From the IMG/VR virus record IMGVR_UViG_3300046463_000164: DNA of 64,000 nt; one strand, written 5' to 3'. This document shows, in pieces, positions 46,327-56,924 of this stretch; position 1 is the stretch's first letter; each line of letters begins with the position of its first letter. The position numbers and the translations under genes were made by a program. The notes under the pieces were generated by a model, which saw nothing but the letters and a program-made list of their open reading frames with translations, did not search any database and was not told the DNA's origin. The stretch comes from a virus.

Positions 46327-48189
46327 ATGCTATTTTTATCGCCTGCTGTCCTTACTTCTGAGGACGATCAAACCCTATACACCACGCAGGTAGCCAATAA
46401 AGTTGGCGCTATTGCTGGTGCCTTCCAATGGGGTCCAGTAGATGCCCCTACACAAATCACAAACGGCGAAAAGGAATTTGTTGCCAAATTCGGCATTCCT
46501 GACAACGTAACGTATCCGTATGTAATGCCTTTGCTAGACTTCTTCTCATACAGCAAGGCTGCATGGGTTGTTCGTCAAGTGGGTGCTGCTGCGCGTAACG
46601 CATTCCCTACAGGTCAAACGGCTGAACTCGTGAAGAACGATGACGCATTTGACGCGGGCAATTTCACAGGTTCTGACTTTATCGCCAAGTATCCTGGAGT
46701 TGCTGGTAACGGTCTTGCTGTCGTAATTATCGACCAAGCCCACTTCGATGGTCATGAACTAGCTAACCAATTCACGTATGTTCCCATCGCTTCTGCCGGT
46801 GAATATGCTATCGCTGTGGTTGATACCACGGGATATTGGACTGGTACGGCTCAAAAGAAACAAAAAGAAAGCCTATATGTAACTGGCTCTGCTACGGCAA
46901 GCGCGACGATCACTGTATTTGGTGTTCCTGTTACAGTTGCTGCTAATGATACGGCTTCCGCAGTTGCTGCTAAGATTGCTGGTACTGCTGGCATCGTTGC
47001 ACTATTCGATTCTGTAGTTGCTAACGGCAGCATCGTTACCTACGTTGAGAAAACTGCTGGCTACTCTACGGTGACTCCTGCTCCTGCGGCTCAAAATGGC
47101 GTGGCTTTCGCTACTACGATTGTTGATCCAGGTTCTCTAGGTGGCGTTCTAGAGAAGTATGAATTGATGACGTCTAATCCTGCTGCTCGCTTTGCCGACG
47201 GCACAACTCAGTACTATGTGGACGCTATCAACAAGGGTTCTAAGTACATCCGAGTTGGCGACAAGTCAATTGCTCTTTCTAACCGCACAGTGGTTCTAGC
47301 TGGTGGTGTGGATGACCAAGTGGTTAACGTCACAGAAGGTTTCCAGCTATTCGCCAACCGTGAAGCATATGATATTCAGTTCCTAATCGCTCCTGCTGTT
47401 AGCGAAGCTGAACAAAAGGCGATCATCGACGTTGCTGAAACTCGTATGGATTGTATGCCTTTCGTGGCTCCGATGTTGGCTGACGTTGTGAATAACCGTG
47501 GTAATGAAGTAGCTTCTGTTCTAGATTGGCGTCAAAACCGTCTAAACAAGGACTCTAATTACTCATTCGCAGTCGACAACTGGGGTTACATGTACGACAA
47601 GTACAACGATGTGTACCGTTGGATTCCGGCTACTGGTGGTACGGCTGGTATCTTCGCGCGCACGTTCGTTAACAACGATCCTTGGATTAGCCCGGCTGGT
47701 CTAACGCGCGGTAAGTATTTGAACTACACTAAGATGGCTTGGTCTGCATCTGAAGATGACCGTAACGCTTTGTACCCATTCGGTATCAACAGCATTGTTA
47801 CGTTCCCGTCTGATGGTATTGTCCTTTACGGCGATAAGACGTTGACTCAACGTCCTTCTGCTTTCAGCCGCGTGAACGTCCGTTGGGCATTCATCGTTGC
47901 TAAGCAGAGTGTTGCTGCTATGGCACGTTACTACTTGTTCGAACTAAACGATGCTAGCACTCGTGCTCAATTCGTGAATGCGGCTACTCCGTTCTTGCGT
48001 AACATGAAGAACCGTCGCGCGTTTGAAGATTTCCGTGTGATTTGTAACGCCGACAATAACGATGCCGATACGCGCTTGCAAAACAAGTTTGTTGTTCAGT
48101 TGCTATTGAAGCCTACTTACTCTATCAACTGGGTGATCTTGAACTTGTCTGCTATCCGTCCGGACGTGGCATTTACAGAAAACTCTTAA
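46327..48189 (+). CDS. 18: tail sheath protein (gp18)
   Basis: SP.V...E.D, F.WGP, YDKYND.YRW.P, W.SPAG..RG and SAF.R.NVR motifs. Confidence 0.95.
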   Translation: MLFLSPAVLTSEDDQTLYTTQVANKVGAIAGAFQWGPVDAPTQITNGEKEFVAKFGIPDNVTYPYVMPLLDFFSYSKAAWVVRQVGAAARNAFPTGQTAELVKNDDAFDAGNFTGSDFIAKYPGVAGNGLAVVIIDQAHFDGHELANQFTYVPIASAGEYAIAVVDTTGYWTGTAQKKQKESLYVTGSATASATITVFGVPVTVAANDTASAVAAKIAGTAGIVALFDSVVANGSIVTYVEKTAGYSTVTPAPAAQNGVAFATTIVDPGSLGGVLEKYELMTSNPAARFADGTTQYYVDAINKGSKYIRVGDKSIALSNRTVVLAGGVDDQVVNVTEGFQLFANREAYDIQFLIAPAVSEAEQKAIIDVAETRMDCMPFVAPMLADVVNNRGNEVASVLDWRQNRLNKDSNYSFAVDNWGYMYDKYNDVYRWIPATGGTAGIFARTFVNNDPWISPAGLTRGKYLNYTKMAWSASEDDRNALYPFGINSIVTFPSDGIVLYGDKTLTQRPSAFSRVNVRWAFIVAKQSVAAMARYYLFELNDASTRAQFVNAATPFLRNMKNRRAFEDFRVICNADNNDADTRLQNKFVVQLLLKPTYSINWVILNLSAIRPDVAFTENS

Positions 48190-48234
48190 TATTGAAGGGG
48201 AGTAAATCTCCCCTTCCTTTGAAAAGGAAATAAA

Positions 48235-48762
48235 ATGCAGATTTCTCAAATTCGCCAAGCCGTTCGTTCTGGTCTAGTCCGTACTAACCGCTGGCGTGTC
48301 ACGGTGAACCTACCTGGTTATGCCGGTAGTCAAGCGGATGCTTCACAAGCCTCTCTACTTGCTCGTACAACTAGCACGCCTTCATCTGCTATTGGTGTAA
48401 TCGAGCTAACGTGGGGCGGACGTACATTGCCGGTTCCTGGTGATCGTACCTATGAAGAATTCACTGTTACGTTCATCGGCGTCAATGATATGAACGTGTA
48501 CAATGCATTCCAGAAGTGGTCTGAAAACATCAACGGTTCTGACTCTAATACGGGTCTAACCAGTCTTGATAACATCATGAACGACATCACGTTGGAACTA
48601 CTAGACGTGAACGACAATGTTACAAAGACTTTCGTTCTACATGACTCTTGGCCCGCTACGGTTGGTCAGATGTCTATGGATTCGGGCGAAATGGATGGCT
48701 ACGCTCAATATGATGTAACTTTCCGTTATGTCAACTACAGCCAGCCTAACGTAACGCTGTAA
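48235..48762 (+). CDS. 19: tail tube protein (gp19)
   Basis: R.N.W.V, GR...PGDRTY and WP..VG motifs. Confidence 0.9.
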   Translation: MQISQIRQAVRSGLVRTNRWRVTVNLPGYAGSQADASQASLLARTTSTPSSAIGVIELTWGGRTLPVPGDRTYEEFTVTFIGVNDMNVYNAFQKWSENINGSDSNTGLTSLDNIMNDITLELLDVNDNVTKTFVLHDSWPATVGQMSMDSGEMDGYAQYDVTFRYVNYSQPNVTL

Positions 48763-48848
48763 TCTTCAAATAAGAAAGGGACTCTAACGAGTCCCTTTTG
48801 ATTTGTGGGTTAGCCCTAAATACTAATACTACATTAACGAGGGCAATT

Positions 48849-50522
48849 ATGGCACTCCAATCATCTATTCGCAATGGCTTCTCCCGCTTGTTTCTAGGCA
48901 CGGAAGTTGCTAATCCAGAGCGCGAAGAAGAACAGAAAATCATCCAAAAACAGACCCTGGTGGCTGTTGAAAACGATGATGCATCCGATCTTATTGACGT
49001 TAACCATTACTACACTACCGGCTTTGCTAATCAGCTGGATATGCGTAATCAGGCTGAAGTCATCAATGAATATCGCTCTATGGTCATCCACTCTGAGGTG
49101 GATAGAGCAGTGGATGATATCATCAATGAAGCTGTTACCGCAGACGCTGACGAAAGCCCTGTTGTTATCAGTATCAAGGATATTCAGGAAGGATTGGCCC
49201 AAGAAACGAAAGATAAGATTATCAAGGAATTCAACTACTTGATTCGCTTGTTGAAATTCGATCTTCGTTCTTATGAAATCTTCAAGCAGTTCTATGTCGA
49301 TGGTAGACTCTACTACCACAAGATCATTGACCCTCAGCGCCCCAAGAAGGGCATTCTGAAGCTGGTTAATCTAGACTCTCGTTCAATCAAGAAGGTTAAA
49401 GAGATTGCAACTGAGACCGACCCTCAAACAAAGATCGATCGCATTGTAGATACTCGCTCATACTTCTTGTATGACCCGACCTACGCGACTTCAGCATCAA
49501 ACGATACCGGTGTTCGCTCTAACCTAGTCTCTCGCGTAGAGCAGGCTCTGGAACTGAGCCTAGACACGGTAGCATTCGTGCATAGCGGGATTATATCGGG
49601 TGATGCTGGTAACGTTATCCTAGGCCACCTAGAGAAGGCTAGAAAGCCTCTAAATAACCTCCGTATGCTAGAGGATGCCTGCGTAATCTATCGTATTACG
49701 CGTGCGCCTGAACGCCGCATTTTCTATGTGGACGTTGGTACGCTTCCTAAGAAGGGTGCTGAGGAATACATGATGAGCCTGATCAATAAATACCGGACTA
49801 AACTGGTATATGACGGCACAACGGGTAAGGTTAAAGGCAATTCTCACCAAGTCTCCATGATGGAAGATTATTGGTTGCCTCGTCGTGAAGGTGGACGCGG
49901 TACTGAGATTGATACTCTACCTGCCGGCGAGAACCTAGGCCAAATTGAAGATTTGCGTTACTTCCAGAAGAAACTGCTTGAGTCGCTGAACGTGCCTAAG
50001 TCGCGTCTGGAAAGCGAAGCTACCATTTCTATTGGTAACCGCGCTACGGAAATCAACCGTGATGAAATTAAGTTCAACAAGTTCGTTCAACGTCTACGCC
50101 GCCGTTTCAACGGTTTGTTCCTAGACCTTTTACGCACTCAGTTGATTTTGAAGGGCATTACGACTGCGGATGACTGGGAAGAAATTGTTCTACCATCACT
50201 CTCATTCGACTATGCTTCTGATGAATTCGTCAAAGAAGAACAAGAAGCACAAATTATGGAAGGCCGTCTAAATGCCCTCCAGCAAGCTGATGAATACGTT
50301 GGTAAGTATTTCTCTAAGCGTCAAGTCCAGAAGAAGATTCTGCGAATGACTGATGAAGAGATCAAGGAAACCGCTGAAGAGATTGATGAAGAGATCAAGG
50401 CTGGTGAGTATCTATCGGCTCAAGATCAAGCTGATATGGATGCTGGTATCCATGACGACCAACTAGATGCGCAGATTAAGGTTGCTAAGGCAACTAAACC
50501 TCCTGCCCCAAGTAAAAAGTAA
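48849..50522 (+). CDS. 20: portal protein (gp20)
   Basis: IYRITRAPERRIFYVDVG and EDYWLPRREGGRGTEI; ATG at 48849. Confidence 0.95.
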   Translation: MALQSSIRNGFSRLFLGTEVANPEREEEQKIIQKQTLVAVENDDASDLIDVNHYYTTGFANQLDMRNQAEVINEYRSMVIHSEVDRAVDDIINEAVTADADESPVVISIKDIQEGLAQETKDKIIKEFNYLIRLLKFDLRSYEIFKQFYVDGRLYYHKIIDPQRPKKGILKLVNLDSRSIKKVKEIATETDPQTKIDRIVDTRSYFLYDPTYATSASNDTGVRSNLVSRVEQALELSLDTVAFVHSGIISGDAGNVILGHLEKARKPLNNLRMLEDACVIYRITRAPERRIFYVDVGTLPKKGAEEYMMSLINKYRTKLVYDGTTGKVKGNSHQVSMMEDYWLPRREGGRGTEIDTLPAGENLGQIEDLRYFQKKLLESLNVPKSRLESEATISIGNRATEINRDEIKFNKFVQRLRRRFNGLFLDLLRTQLILKGITTADDWEEIVLPSLSFDYASDEFVKEEQEAQIMEGRLNALQQADEYVGKYFSKRQVQKKILRMTDEEIKETAEEIDEEIKAGEYLSAQDQADMDAGIHDDQLDAQIKVAKATKPPAPSKK

Positions 50523-50531
50523 AGGACTAAT

Positions 50532-50876
50532 ATGGAAAAGCAAGACATCATCAATTCGTTTCTGTCTAAAGACGCGGACAAAGTAACCGAAGCCAAAGCT
50601 GCTCTAAAGTCGCTTTTGACTGCTCGTATGACTCAGTTCCGTTCGGACTCTTCAAAATTCATCGCTAAATCGCTGTTTGAATCTGGCATGACTTTTGTTC
50701 CGCCTGGTATTAAGGTTGGTGACTATGGCGTGAATGCTGCCGGCGCTAAGGTTGTGGTCACACAAGTCCTAGGCGATGGTATGCTAGAACTGAAGCATAT
50801 TGAAGGCGGCACTCTATACAAGGCCGCTGGAGATTTTACCCCTGAAGGCGGAACGCCGCCTGGTAAAGGAGCGTAA
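50532..50876 (+). CDS. putative prohead core protein
   Basis: position between gp20 and gp21; LFE cleavage-like motif. Confidence 0.55.
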   Translation: MEKQDIINSFLSKDADKVTEAKAALKSLLTARMTQFRSDSSKFIAKSLFESGMTFVPPGIKVGDYGVNAAGAKVVVTQVLGDGMLELKHIEGGTLYKAAGDFTPEGGTPPGKGA

Positions 50877-50879
50877 GCT

Positions 50880-51497
50880 ATGATGTTCCTACGCGAGTGG
50901 GCGCCAAATATGGAAACCCTTACCGAGCAAACTGCTGAAGGTAAGGTTCTGTATTTGGAAGGTCCAATGATCATGACCGAAAAACGTAACCGCAACGGTC
51001 GTATCTATGAAAAAGCAATGATGGAAAGCTCAGTCGATACTTACATCGAGAGCTATCTAAAGGCCAATCGTGCTATTGGTGAGCTAAACCATCCTGACTA
51101 TCCGTTCCCTAATATCAAAGAAGCGGCTGTCTATATTGAGTCTCTATCTTGGCAAGGGACTGATGTTATTGGAAAAGCGCGCGTACTAAATAATATTCAC
51201 GGACAACAAATCAAGTCTCTAGTGGAAGCAGGTTTCCGCATGGGGATGTCTACTCGCGGTCTTGGTAATGTCGTAGAACGTTCCGGCCAAAAGTATGTCA
51301 CAGAATATATGCTCAACGCCATCGACGCGGTTGATATGCCTTCGGGACAAAACTGCTATATGAACGCATTGAAGGAATCTACTGAGTGGGTTCAACAAGG
51401 CGGAATCTGGGTTGAGAAAGAGAACCAAGAAAAGGCTCAGGCTCTGTTCTTGGAGAAATTCGAACAATTGATTCACGAAATCAAGAAGGCTAAATAA
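50880..51497 (+). CDS. 21: prohead protease (gp21)
   Basis: NRNGRIY, GELNHP, STRGLG and D.V..PS motifs. Confidence 0.93.
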   Translation: MMFLREWAPNMETLTEQTAEGKVLYLEGPMIMTEKRNRNGRIYEKAMMESSVDTYIESYLKANRAIGELNHPDYPFPNIKEAAVYIESLSWQGTDVIGKARVLNNIHGQQIKSLVEAGFRMGMSTRGLGNVVERSGQKYVTEYMLNAIDAVDMPSGQNCYMNALKESTEWVQQGGIWVEKENQEKAQALFLEKFEQLIHEIKKAK

Positions 51498-51715
51498 TGG
51501 GTATCTTCAAAGACCTATATGAATCTGCTGGCGGTTCAGTGCCACAGAAGCGTACATTTGTTGTTCATGTTACCCCAAAAGGTAAATCTGAACCTGAAAC
51601 ATATGAACATGAAGCTTATAGCCCACGAAGCACTGTAAGGCATCACCAGGCTGAAGGTAATACGCTACATAAGATTGTTGATAAACATACTGGCGAAGAT
51701 GTTACCAACGAATAA
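51497..51715 (+). CDS. small protein, probable internal head protein
   Basis: MGIFKDLYE leader; located in head cluster. Confidence 0.6.
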   Translation: MGIFKDLYESAGGSVPQKRTFVVHVTPKGKSEPETYEHEAYSPRSTVRHHQAEGNTLHKIVDKHTGEDVTNE

Positions 51716-51764
51716 GTTGGCGACTAAATACTCTCTATAAACGAATTACCCGAAAGGAACCAAA

Positions 51765-52667
51765 ATGGAACTACTAAAAGCCCTTTTTGAAAACGCTGAA
51801 CTACCTGCAGATTTCAAAGAAAAGACCACGACTCTTTTCGAAGCTGCTGTTGACGAAAGCGTCAAGGCTGAACTCGTCAAGATCCAAGAATCATATGATG
51901 CAAAGCTAGTTGAAGCTAAGGCTGCATTTGCTGCTGATGCCGTCAAGACTGTTGATGCTCTAGTTGAAGAAACCGTCCTAGAATGGGCCAAGGAAAACGC
52001 AGTTGCTCTAGACTCTGAAATCAAGGGTCAGATCGCTGAGTCGTTCCTACAAGGTCTAAAGGGCGTGTTTGAAAAGGCTGATATCGAACTAAGCGGCGAT
52101 ACGGCTGGTAAGGAATTGGTTAAGCTACAAGAGGCTAATGCTGCTCTATCGGCTGAAGCTGCTGCAACTAAGCAAGCTCTAGTTGAGGCTCAAGGCGCTC
52201 TATCTCAGATCAAGCGTAAAGAAGTTATTGCACAAGTTACTGAAGGTCTAGCTGACACGCAAATTCATCGCGTCACTAAGCTATTGGAAGCATTCGACTT
52301 CAAGACTGAAGACGACTTCCGTAACAAGGCTGCTCTAGTTGTTGAAGCTGTTGGTGGTAAGGCCATCAAGGGCACTCACGATGCAGACGGCGTTATCGTT
52401 GCTGTAACTGGCGATACGACTCCTGTTGCTACTAGCAAGATTGACTCTGCATCTACGGGTGTAGAAAATCCTGAAGGCGTGCTAGTTACCAAGCCAGCTG
52501 GTGCTGAAAGCGGTGCAAATGGAGCAAACGCCTCTGCTGAAGGTGCAGACGGTAAGGGCGCAGTTGTGAAGGATCCAGTAACAGAAGCGTATAACCACGC
52601 ACGTGACACATATGCGCCTCACTTCGAAGCAGATATGGTTGCCGAAACCCTAAAGCTGTTCAAGTAA
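51765..52667 (+). CDS. 22: prohead scaffold (gp22)
   Basis: F.EK....FEAAV and EW..EN.VA motifs; position before gp23. Confidence 0.88.
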   Translation: MELLKALFENAELPADFKEKTTTLFEAAVDESVKAELVKIQESYDAKLVEAKAAFAADAVKTVDALVEETVLEWAKENAVALDSEIKGQIAESFLQGLKGVFEKADIELSGDTAGKELVKLQEANAALSAEAAATKQALVEAQGALSQIKRKEVIAQVTEGLADTQIHRVTKLLEAFDFKTEDDFRNKAALVVEAVGGKAIKGTHDADGVIVAVTGDTTPVATSKIDSASTGVENPEGVLVTKPAGAESGANGANASAEGADGKGAVVKDPVTEAYNHARDTYAPHFEADMVAETLKLFK

Positions 52668-52923
52668 TCCGTATCTAAATATCTTTTGAGGCGATAGGGA
52701 AGTACAAGACTATCGCACGGGGAGCAAACACTCCCCGTTTATGTTTCGATTCAATCTCCTGCTTAGAGAACTAAGTAATAGTAGATATGAATCAAAAGGG
52801 AGCGCAAACCTCCCTTTATAAAATTCTCTTTGAGCTTGGACTCGATTAGAAACCTATGAGGATGGCGTTTGCAAAACATCCTCTAAATATAGTTGTATGT
52901 TAAAACTTTAATAGGAAATACAA

Positions 52924-54219
52924 ATGGCACTCGTCACTGAAGAAATGCTAAACAAGTGGAAGCCTGTTCTAGAGTCCACCGACTCACAATCAGCTGCTGA
53001 ATTGAACCAACAAAAGATCGCTGCTCGCCTCTTGGAAAACCAAGAAGCATGGTGTAAGTCTAATCAGCAATTCCTATTGGAAACTGCTGCTTCTACGAAC
53101 GCTACTGGCACTTCTGTTGCTACGTGGTCTCCCGTTCTTATCAAGATGGCAAAGCGTTTGCCTCCGATGCTTATCAGCATGGAATTCTTCGGCGTACAAC
53201 CGCTAAAGACTCCTGATGGTCTAGTATTCGCAATGCGTTCGCGTTATACGAACCAAACCGGCGCTGAAGCTCTATTCAACGAAGCTAACTCTGCATTCTC
53301 TGGTGCAGGCGCGCAAGCTGGTTCTATGACCGGTCTACCGAAGGACTACATCACAACGGGTACGCCTGCTGTTGATCCTACAACTGGTACCGGTATGTCT
53401 ACGGCTACTGCTGAATCTCTAGGGTCTACGACTCCTTGGGCGCAGATGGCTTTCAGCATCGAAAAGACGACCGTGTCTGCAAAGGCTCGTGGTCTATTCG
53501 CTGACTACACGCACGAACTACGTCAAGACATGCAAGCTGTTCACGGTCTTGAAGTTGACTCGATCCTAAGCGAAATGCTAGTGACCGAAATCCAAGCTGA
53601 AATGAACCGCGAATTCATCCGCACGATGTTGATCGCTGCCAAGTACGGCGCAGCTGGTGCAACTAAGGCTGGTCTATTCGACGTTACCGTTGATACTGAC
53701 GGCCGTTGGATGATGGAACGTTGGAAGGGTCTATTGTTCCAAATCGAATTGGACGCTAACGCTATCGCGATTGATACGAAGCGTGGTAAGGGTAATCGTT
53801 TGCTAGTTTCTCCTAACGTTGCTTCTGCTTTGGCAATGGCTGGTGTTCTAGAATACAACCCTAACCTAGCAACCTCTATCAAGGTTGATTCTACGTCTAG
53901 CACGTTCGCTGGTGTTTTGGCTAACGGTATGCGCGTACACATCGACCCGTATGCTGATCGCGAGTTCTACTGCGTTGCATACAAGGGCGCTAACGAAATG
54001 GACGCTGGTATTTTCTACAGCCCGTACACTCCGTTGGAAATGTACCGTACTGTTGGTGAAGACAACTTCAATCCGCGTATGGGTTTCAAGACCAGGTACG
54101 CTATCAGCGCCAATCCTTTTTATAAACAGGATGCGTCTGGTACGCCCGCTACTGGCGCTGGTCTTGGTCAAGGTGAGAATGGATTTTACCGGAAAGCGGT
54201 CGTGACTAAACTATTTTGA
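52924..54219 (+). CDS. 23: major capsid protein (gp23)
   Basis: KW.PVLE, LLENQ, GVQP...P.GL.FAMRS.Y, DAGIFY.PY.PL and GFKTRY motifs. Confidence 0.96.
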   Translation: MALVTEEMLNKWKPVLESTDSQSAAELNQQKIAARLLENQEAWCKSNQQFLLETAASTNATGTSVATWSPVLIKMAKRLPPMLISMEFFGVQPLKTPDGLVFAMRSRYTNQTGAEALFNEANSAFSGAGAQAGSMTGLPKDYITTGTPAVDPTTGTGMSTATAESLGSTTPWAQMAFSIEKTTVSAKARGLFADYTHELRQDMQAVHGLEVDSILSEMLVTEIQAEMNREFIRTMLIAAKYGAAGATKAGLFDVTVDTDGRWMMERWKGLLFQIELDANAIAIDTKRGKGNRLLVSPNVASALAMAGVLEYNPNLATSIKVDSTSSTFAGVLANGMRVHIDPYADREFYCVAYKGANEMDAGIFYSPYTPLEMYRTVGEDNFNPRMGFKTRYAISANPFYKQDASGTPATGAGLGQGENGFYRKAVVTKLF

Positions 54220-54268
54220 GAAATGAGGGTTTCGGCCCTCATGCTCCGAGTAGTTAAGCAATAAATGG

Positions 54269-54299
54269 AAAAGCCCTCAGGAATCCTGAGGGCTTTTTT
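54269..54299. terminator. bidirectional terminator AAAAGCCCTCAGG-aat-CCTGAGGGCTTTT
   Basis: perfect stem with A/T tails between convergent genes. Confidence 0.8.
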
Positions 54300-54300
54300 G

Positions 54301-55164
54301 TTATACTCCGTGGGTCTTTTTGAGATGAACGTTTAATCTGGCTGTGGTTGTCTCCATTCTACATATAGTACAAGAGGCTCGAATTCTAGGATATTTTCCT
54401 TTGTTGCCGGTTATATCCTTTCTGAGACTCTTGTCTCCCGTACACTTACCTTCTCCGTGGTATGCAGCTAGATTGTTGACCGCAGTATTTTCTCCGCAAT
54501 GAGGACAATCAACTCTATCTCTCTTCAATCCTTGAGCCTTGATATTGGCCGCAGATTTCTTACGACCTAACTTAAAGGATTCGTCGCTCACAGCCGCGCG
54601 TGCCTTCCTGGCCACCTCTTGTAAATCAGGACGGTTTAAGGCTGTCTGCCTCATGGCTTCGCTGTACGCTTTCCTAAACTCGGGATCGGTCTCAAGCTTC
54701 TTTTTGAGACCCTCTATCATCAAATCTCCATGCGCCTTCTTTTCTTCTGGCGATTTGGAATCCCAATGATCCTGAACAGCTTGTTTGAGTCTGGCCAGTT
54801 CTTCGGGCGTTCTCTCGCTTGTATTACCATCACCGCCTTTAGTGATGTTACAAAGGATACCTCCTTTATCATAAGCCTTTCGGCCCAGGAAGGCAATCAT
54901 GAATATCTCTAGTTCAACCGCTTGTTCCTTAGAGATACCGATATCAACTATCTCAACTTCAGGCTCTAATCCATTCTTCAGAATCATTTGAATGGTGCGG
55001 TTCTTGTGGGGATTGTAACCAACCTCTCCGCCAGAGGCTTCCTTCTGATGTACCAAAGGTCGTCCGTCTGGATTATCGTAGATACTCAATCCCACATAGA
55101 AAATCTTGTTTCTGCCAGAGGAATCAACCTTTAACGGGTTCCTCAATAGATATACCAAAGCCAT
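54301..55164 (-). mobile_element. free-standing GIY-YIG (Seg/LEM-3-like) homing endonuclease gene
   Basis: LVYLL..FYVG, R...H, A..LE...I...G and LCN.T.GG.G motifs; C-terminal CPHC/CTIC..H zinc fingers; inserted antisense after gp23 with its own promoter near 55184. Confidence 0.8.
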
Positions 55165-55238
55165 AGCATCCTCCTTTTAGCCTATTATACCCTAAAGCAC
55201 TAAAAAGAAAAGCCCTTCATTTCTGAAGGGCTTTTGCT

Positions 55239-55433
55239 TTATGTCAACACTACATAACTATTGCCATGACGCCGCCATACCTCTCGAATCTGCTTGATAG
55301 TTCCTTTCTTGAGCAAACGAAACAAATCTACATCTTCCCTAGTCTGGAGGCAATACTTGCGATTCACCGGCAACTTACCCATGATCAGAATGTGATCAAT
55401 AATCGCTTTCTTTCTCTCTGTTCCGGGTGTCAT
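55239..55433 (-). CDS. hypothetical protein
   Basis: ORF track frame; start uncertain. Confidence 0.5.
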   Translation of the reverse strand: MTPGTERKKAIIDHILIMGKLPVNRKYCLQTREDVDLFRLLKKGTIKQIREVWRRHGNSYVVLT

Positions 55434-55473
55434 GCCCTGCCAGGCAAAAGCAGGGTATTCTACACAGACAAAC

Positions 55474-56913
55474 TTACGAGCGGGCGCGTGCGCGGACTTC
55501 TTCAAACTTCGGGACATAGTCAACAAATCCGTCGCTGAAATAACGCCTCCAACCCTTCTGCGATTGGAACACCGTGTAGTCCGATGTCACAATCAAATCG
55601 TCGCCATCGTACTGCGTATGAGCCAGACCAGTCAACGACTTCTTGCTTGCGTCTGTCTTAGGTTCCTTCAGAAGATTGACCCAAACTCCACCGCCCAAAC
55701 GAGCCGTTGCCTTCATCGAGAAGCTGAACTCATCGCGGCCAGGACCATGAGTCAAACCGCCGCCCATACCAAACGTCAGATTATCCAGCGAGTACCCAGA
55801 CTTGACCAGATTGTCCAGAATCTTCACCAGAGAATCTTGGTTGATGCCGTCACCCTGGATAACGCGAACTGAAGGATGCAGCGTTTTGAATCCCATGGCG
55901 TTATCAGTAGAACCAAACTTCTCATCAAGCCATTCGATCACTTGAATAGGCTTGGTCATAGGATCGCCCGAATCAGGCCGTGCAACGAGAACGCCGCCAG
56001 ATGCAACAATACGTTCCTTCAGACGTTCTCCCAGATATTCCTTGACAAAACGTTCATCATCATACGTATCAATCACAACCGATTGCAACGGAATGCCGAT
56101 GCCGCGTTGAGTACGCTTAACCGCTTCTTCCAGACGAGTAACCGACATCTCAGCTGCACCAAAGTCATCCTTGGTCTTAGCATCCGAGTGCGAGCACATT
56201 ACGCTATGCTCCGTCGCGTCAACCGAACTGAGATAGTTCTTGCTGGTGCGATACAGCTTCTTGATATAGCGACCGGCGCTGAGACAGTCAGAACCGCTGA
56301 ACAACGTGCCGTGAGCGATTGCTGCCAAAATCGCGCCATCTTCGCCATCTGCACCGCGATCACCAAAGTTATGCAGCTTGTATTCCAGCAGTTCCTTAGT
56401 AGAACCGGTGAGTGCAGTAACTTCCTCAAGCTCTTTGTAGCAGTAGCGGCTGATCGATGCAACTGTGGTCATCTTCCACATGATACGCTGAACAACCGTT
56501 TCAACATAGGAAACCAACCAGAAGAAGCGCGGGTCAGTATTCACAATACCCAGAATCGGAGTGTTGGGTTTGACAACCGTACCTTCCTCAACTCCGTAGA
56601 CATCCAGAGGCAGACGACCGTCAAACTCACGGACGATGGTTTCCCAATCTTTACGGTTGAACTCATAACCGTAGGCATTGACTTCCAGTTCGGCTTCGTC
56701 AATCATTTCTTGAGTAATACGAACAGCAGCCAGTTCAGCCGCCACAAACGTTGCGCCGGTGGCAACAATTTCCTTCGTATATGCAGAACCCTTGCGAGGC
56801 ACCACCGTCGAGTAGATGAATTGAGTATCATCCGGATACTCAGCGAAGTGATGCAGCTTGTAGCTATCGCACAGAAGAATGAAGTTTGCCGCAAGAATCG
56901 AATTCAAAGACAT
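55474..56913 (-). CDS. nadV: nicotinamide phosphoribosyltransferase
   Basis: DSYK..H, LHNFG.RG, A.EHS, RPDSGDP, IQGDGI and FGMGGGL motifs. Confidence 0.93.
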   Translation of the reverse strand: MSLNSILAANFILLCDSYKLHHFAEYPDDTQFIYSTVVPRKGSAYTKEIVATGATFVAAELAAVRITQEMIDEAELEVNAYGYEFNRKDWETIVREFDGRLPLDVYGVEEGTVVKPNTPILGIVNTDPRFFWLVSYVETVVQRIMWKMTTVASISRYCYKELEEVTALTGSTKELLEYKLHNFGDRGADGEDGAILAAIAHGTLFSGSDCLSAGRYIKKLYRTSKNYLSSVDATEHSVMCSHSDAKTKDDFGAAEMSVTRLEEAVKRTQRGIGIPLQSVVIDTYDDERFVKEYLGERLKERIVASGGVLVARPDSGDPMTKPIQVIEWLDEKFGSTDNAMGFKTLHPSVRVIQGDGINQDSLVKILDNLVKSGYSLDNLTFGMGGGLTHGPGRDEFSFSMKATARLGGGVWVNLLKEPKTDASKKSLTGLAHTQYDGDDLIVTSDYTVFQSQKGWRRYFSDGFVDYVPKFEEVRARARS

Positions 56914-56924
56914 TATTATTTTCC

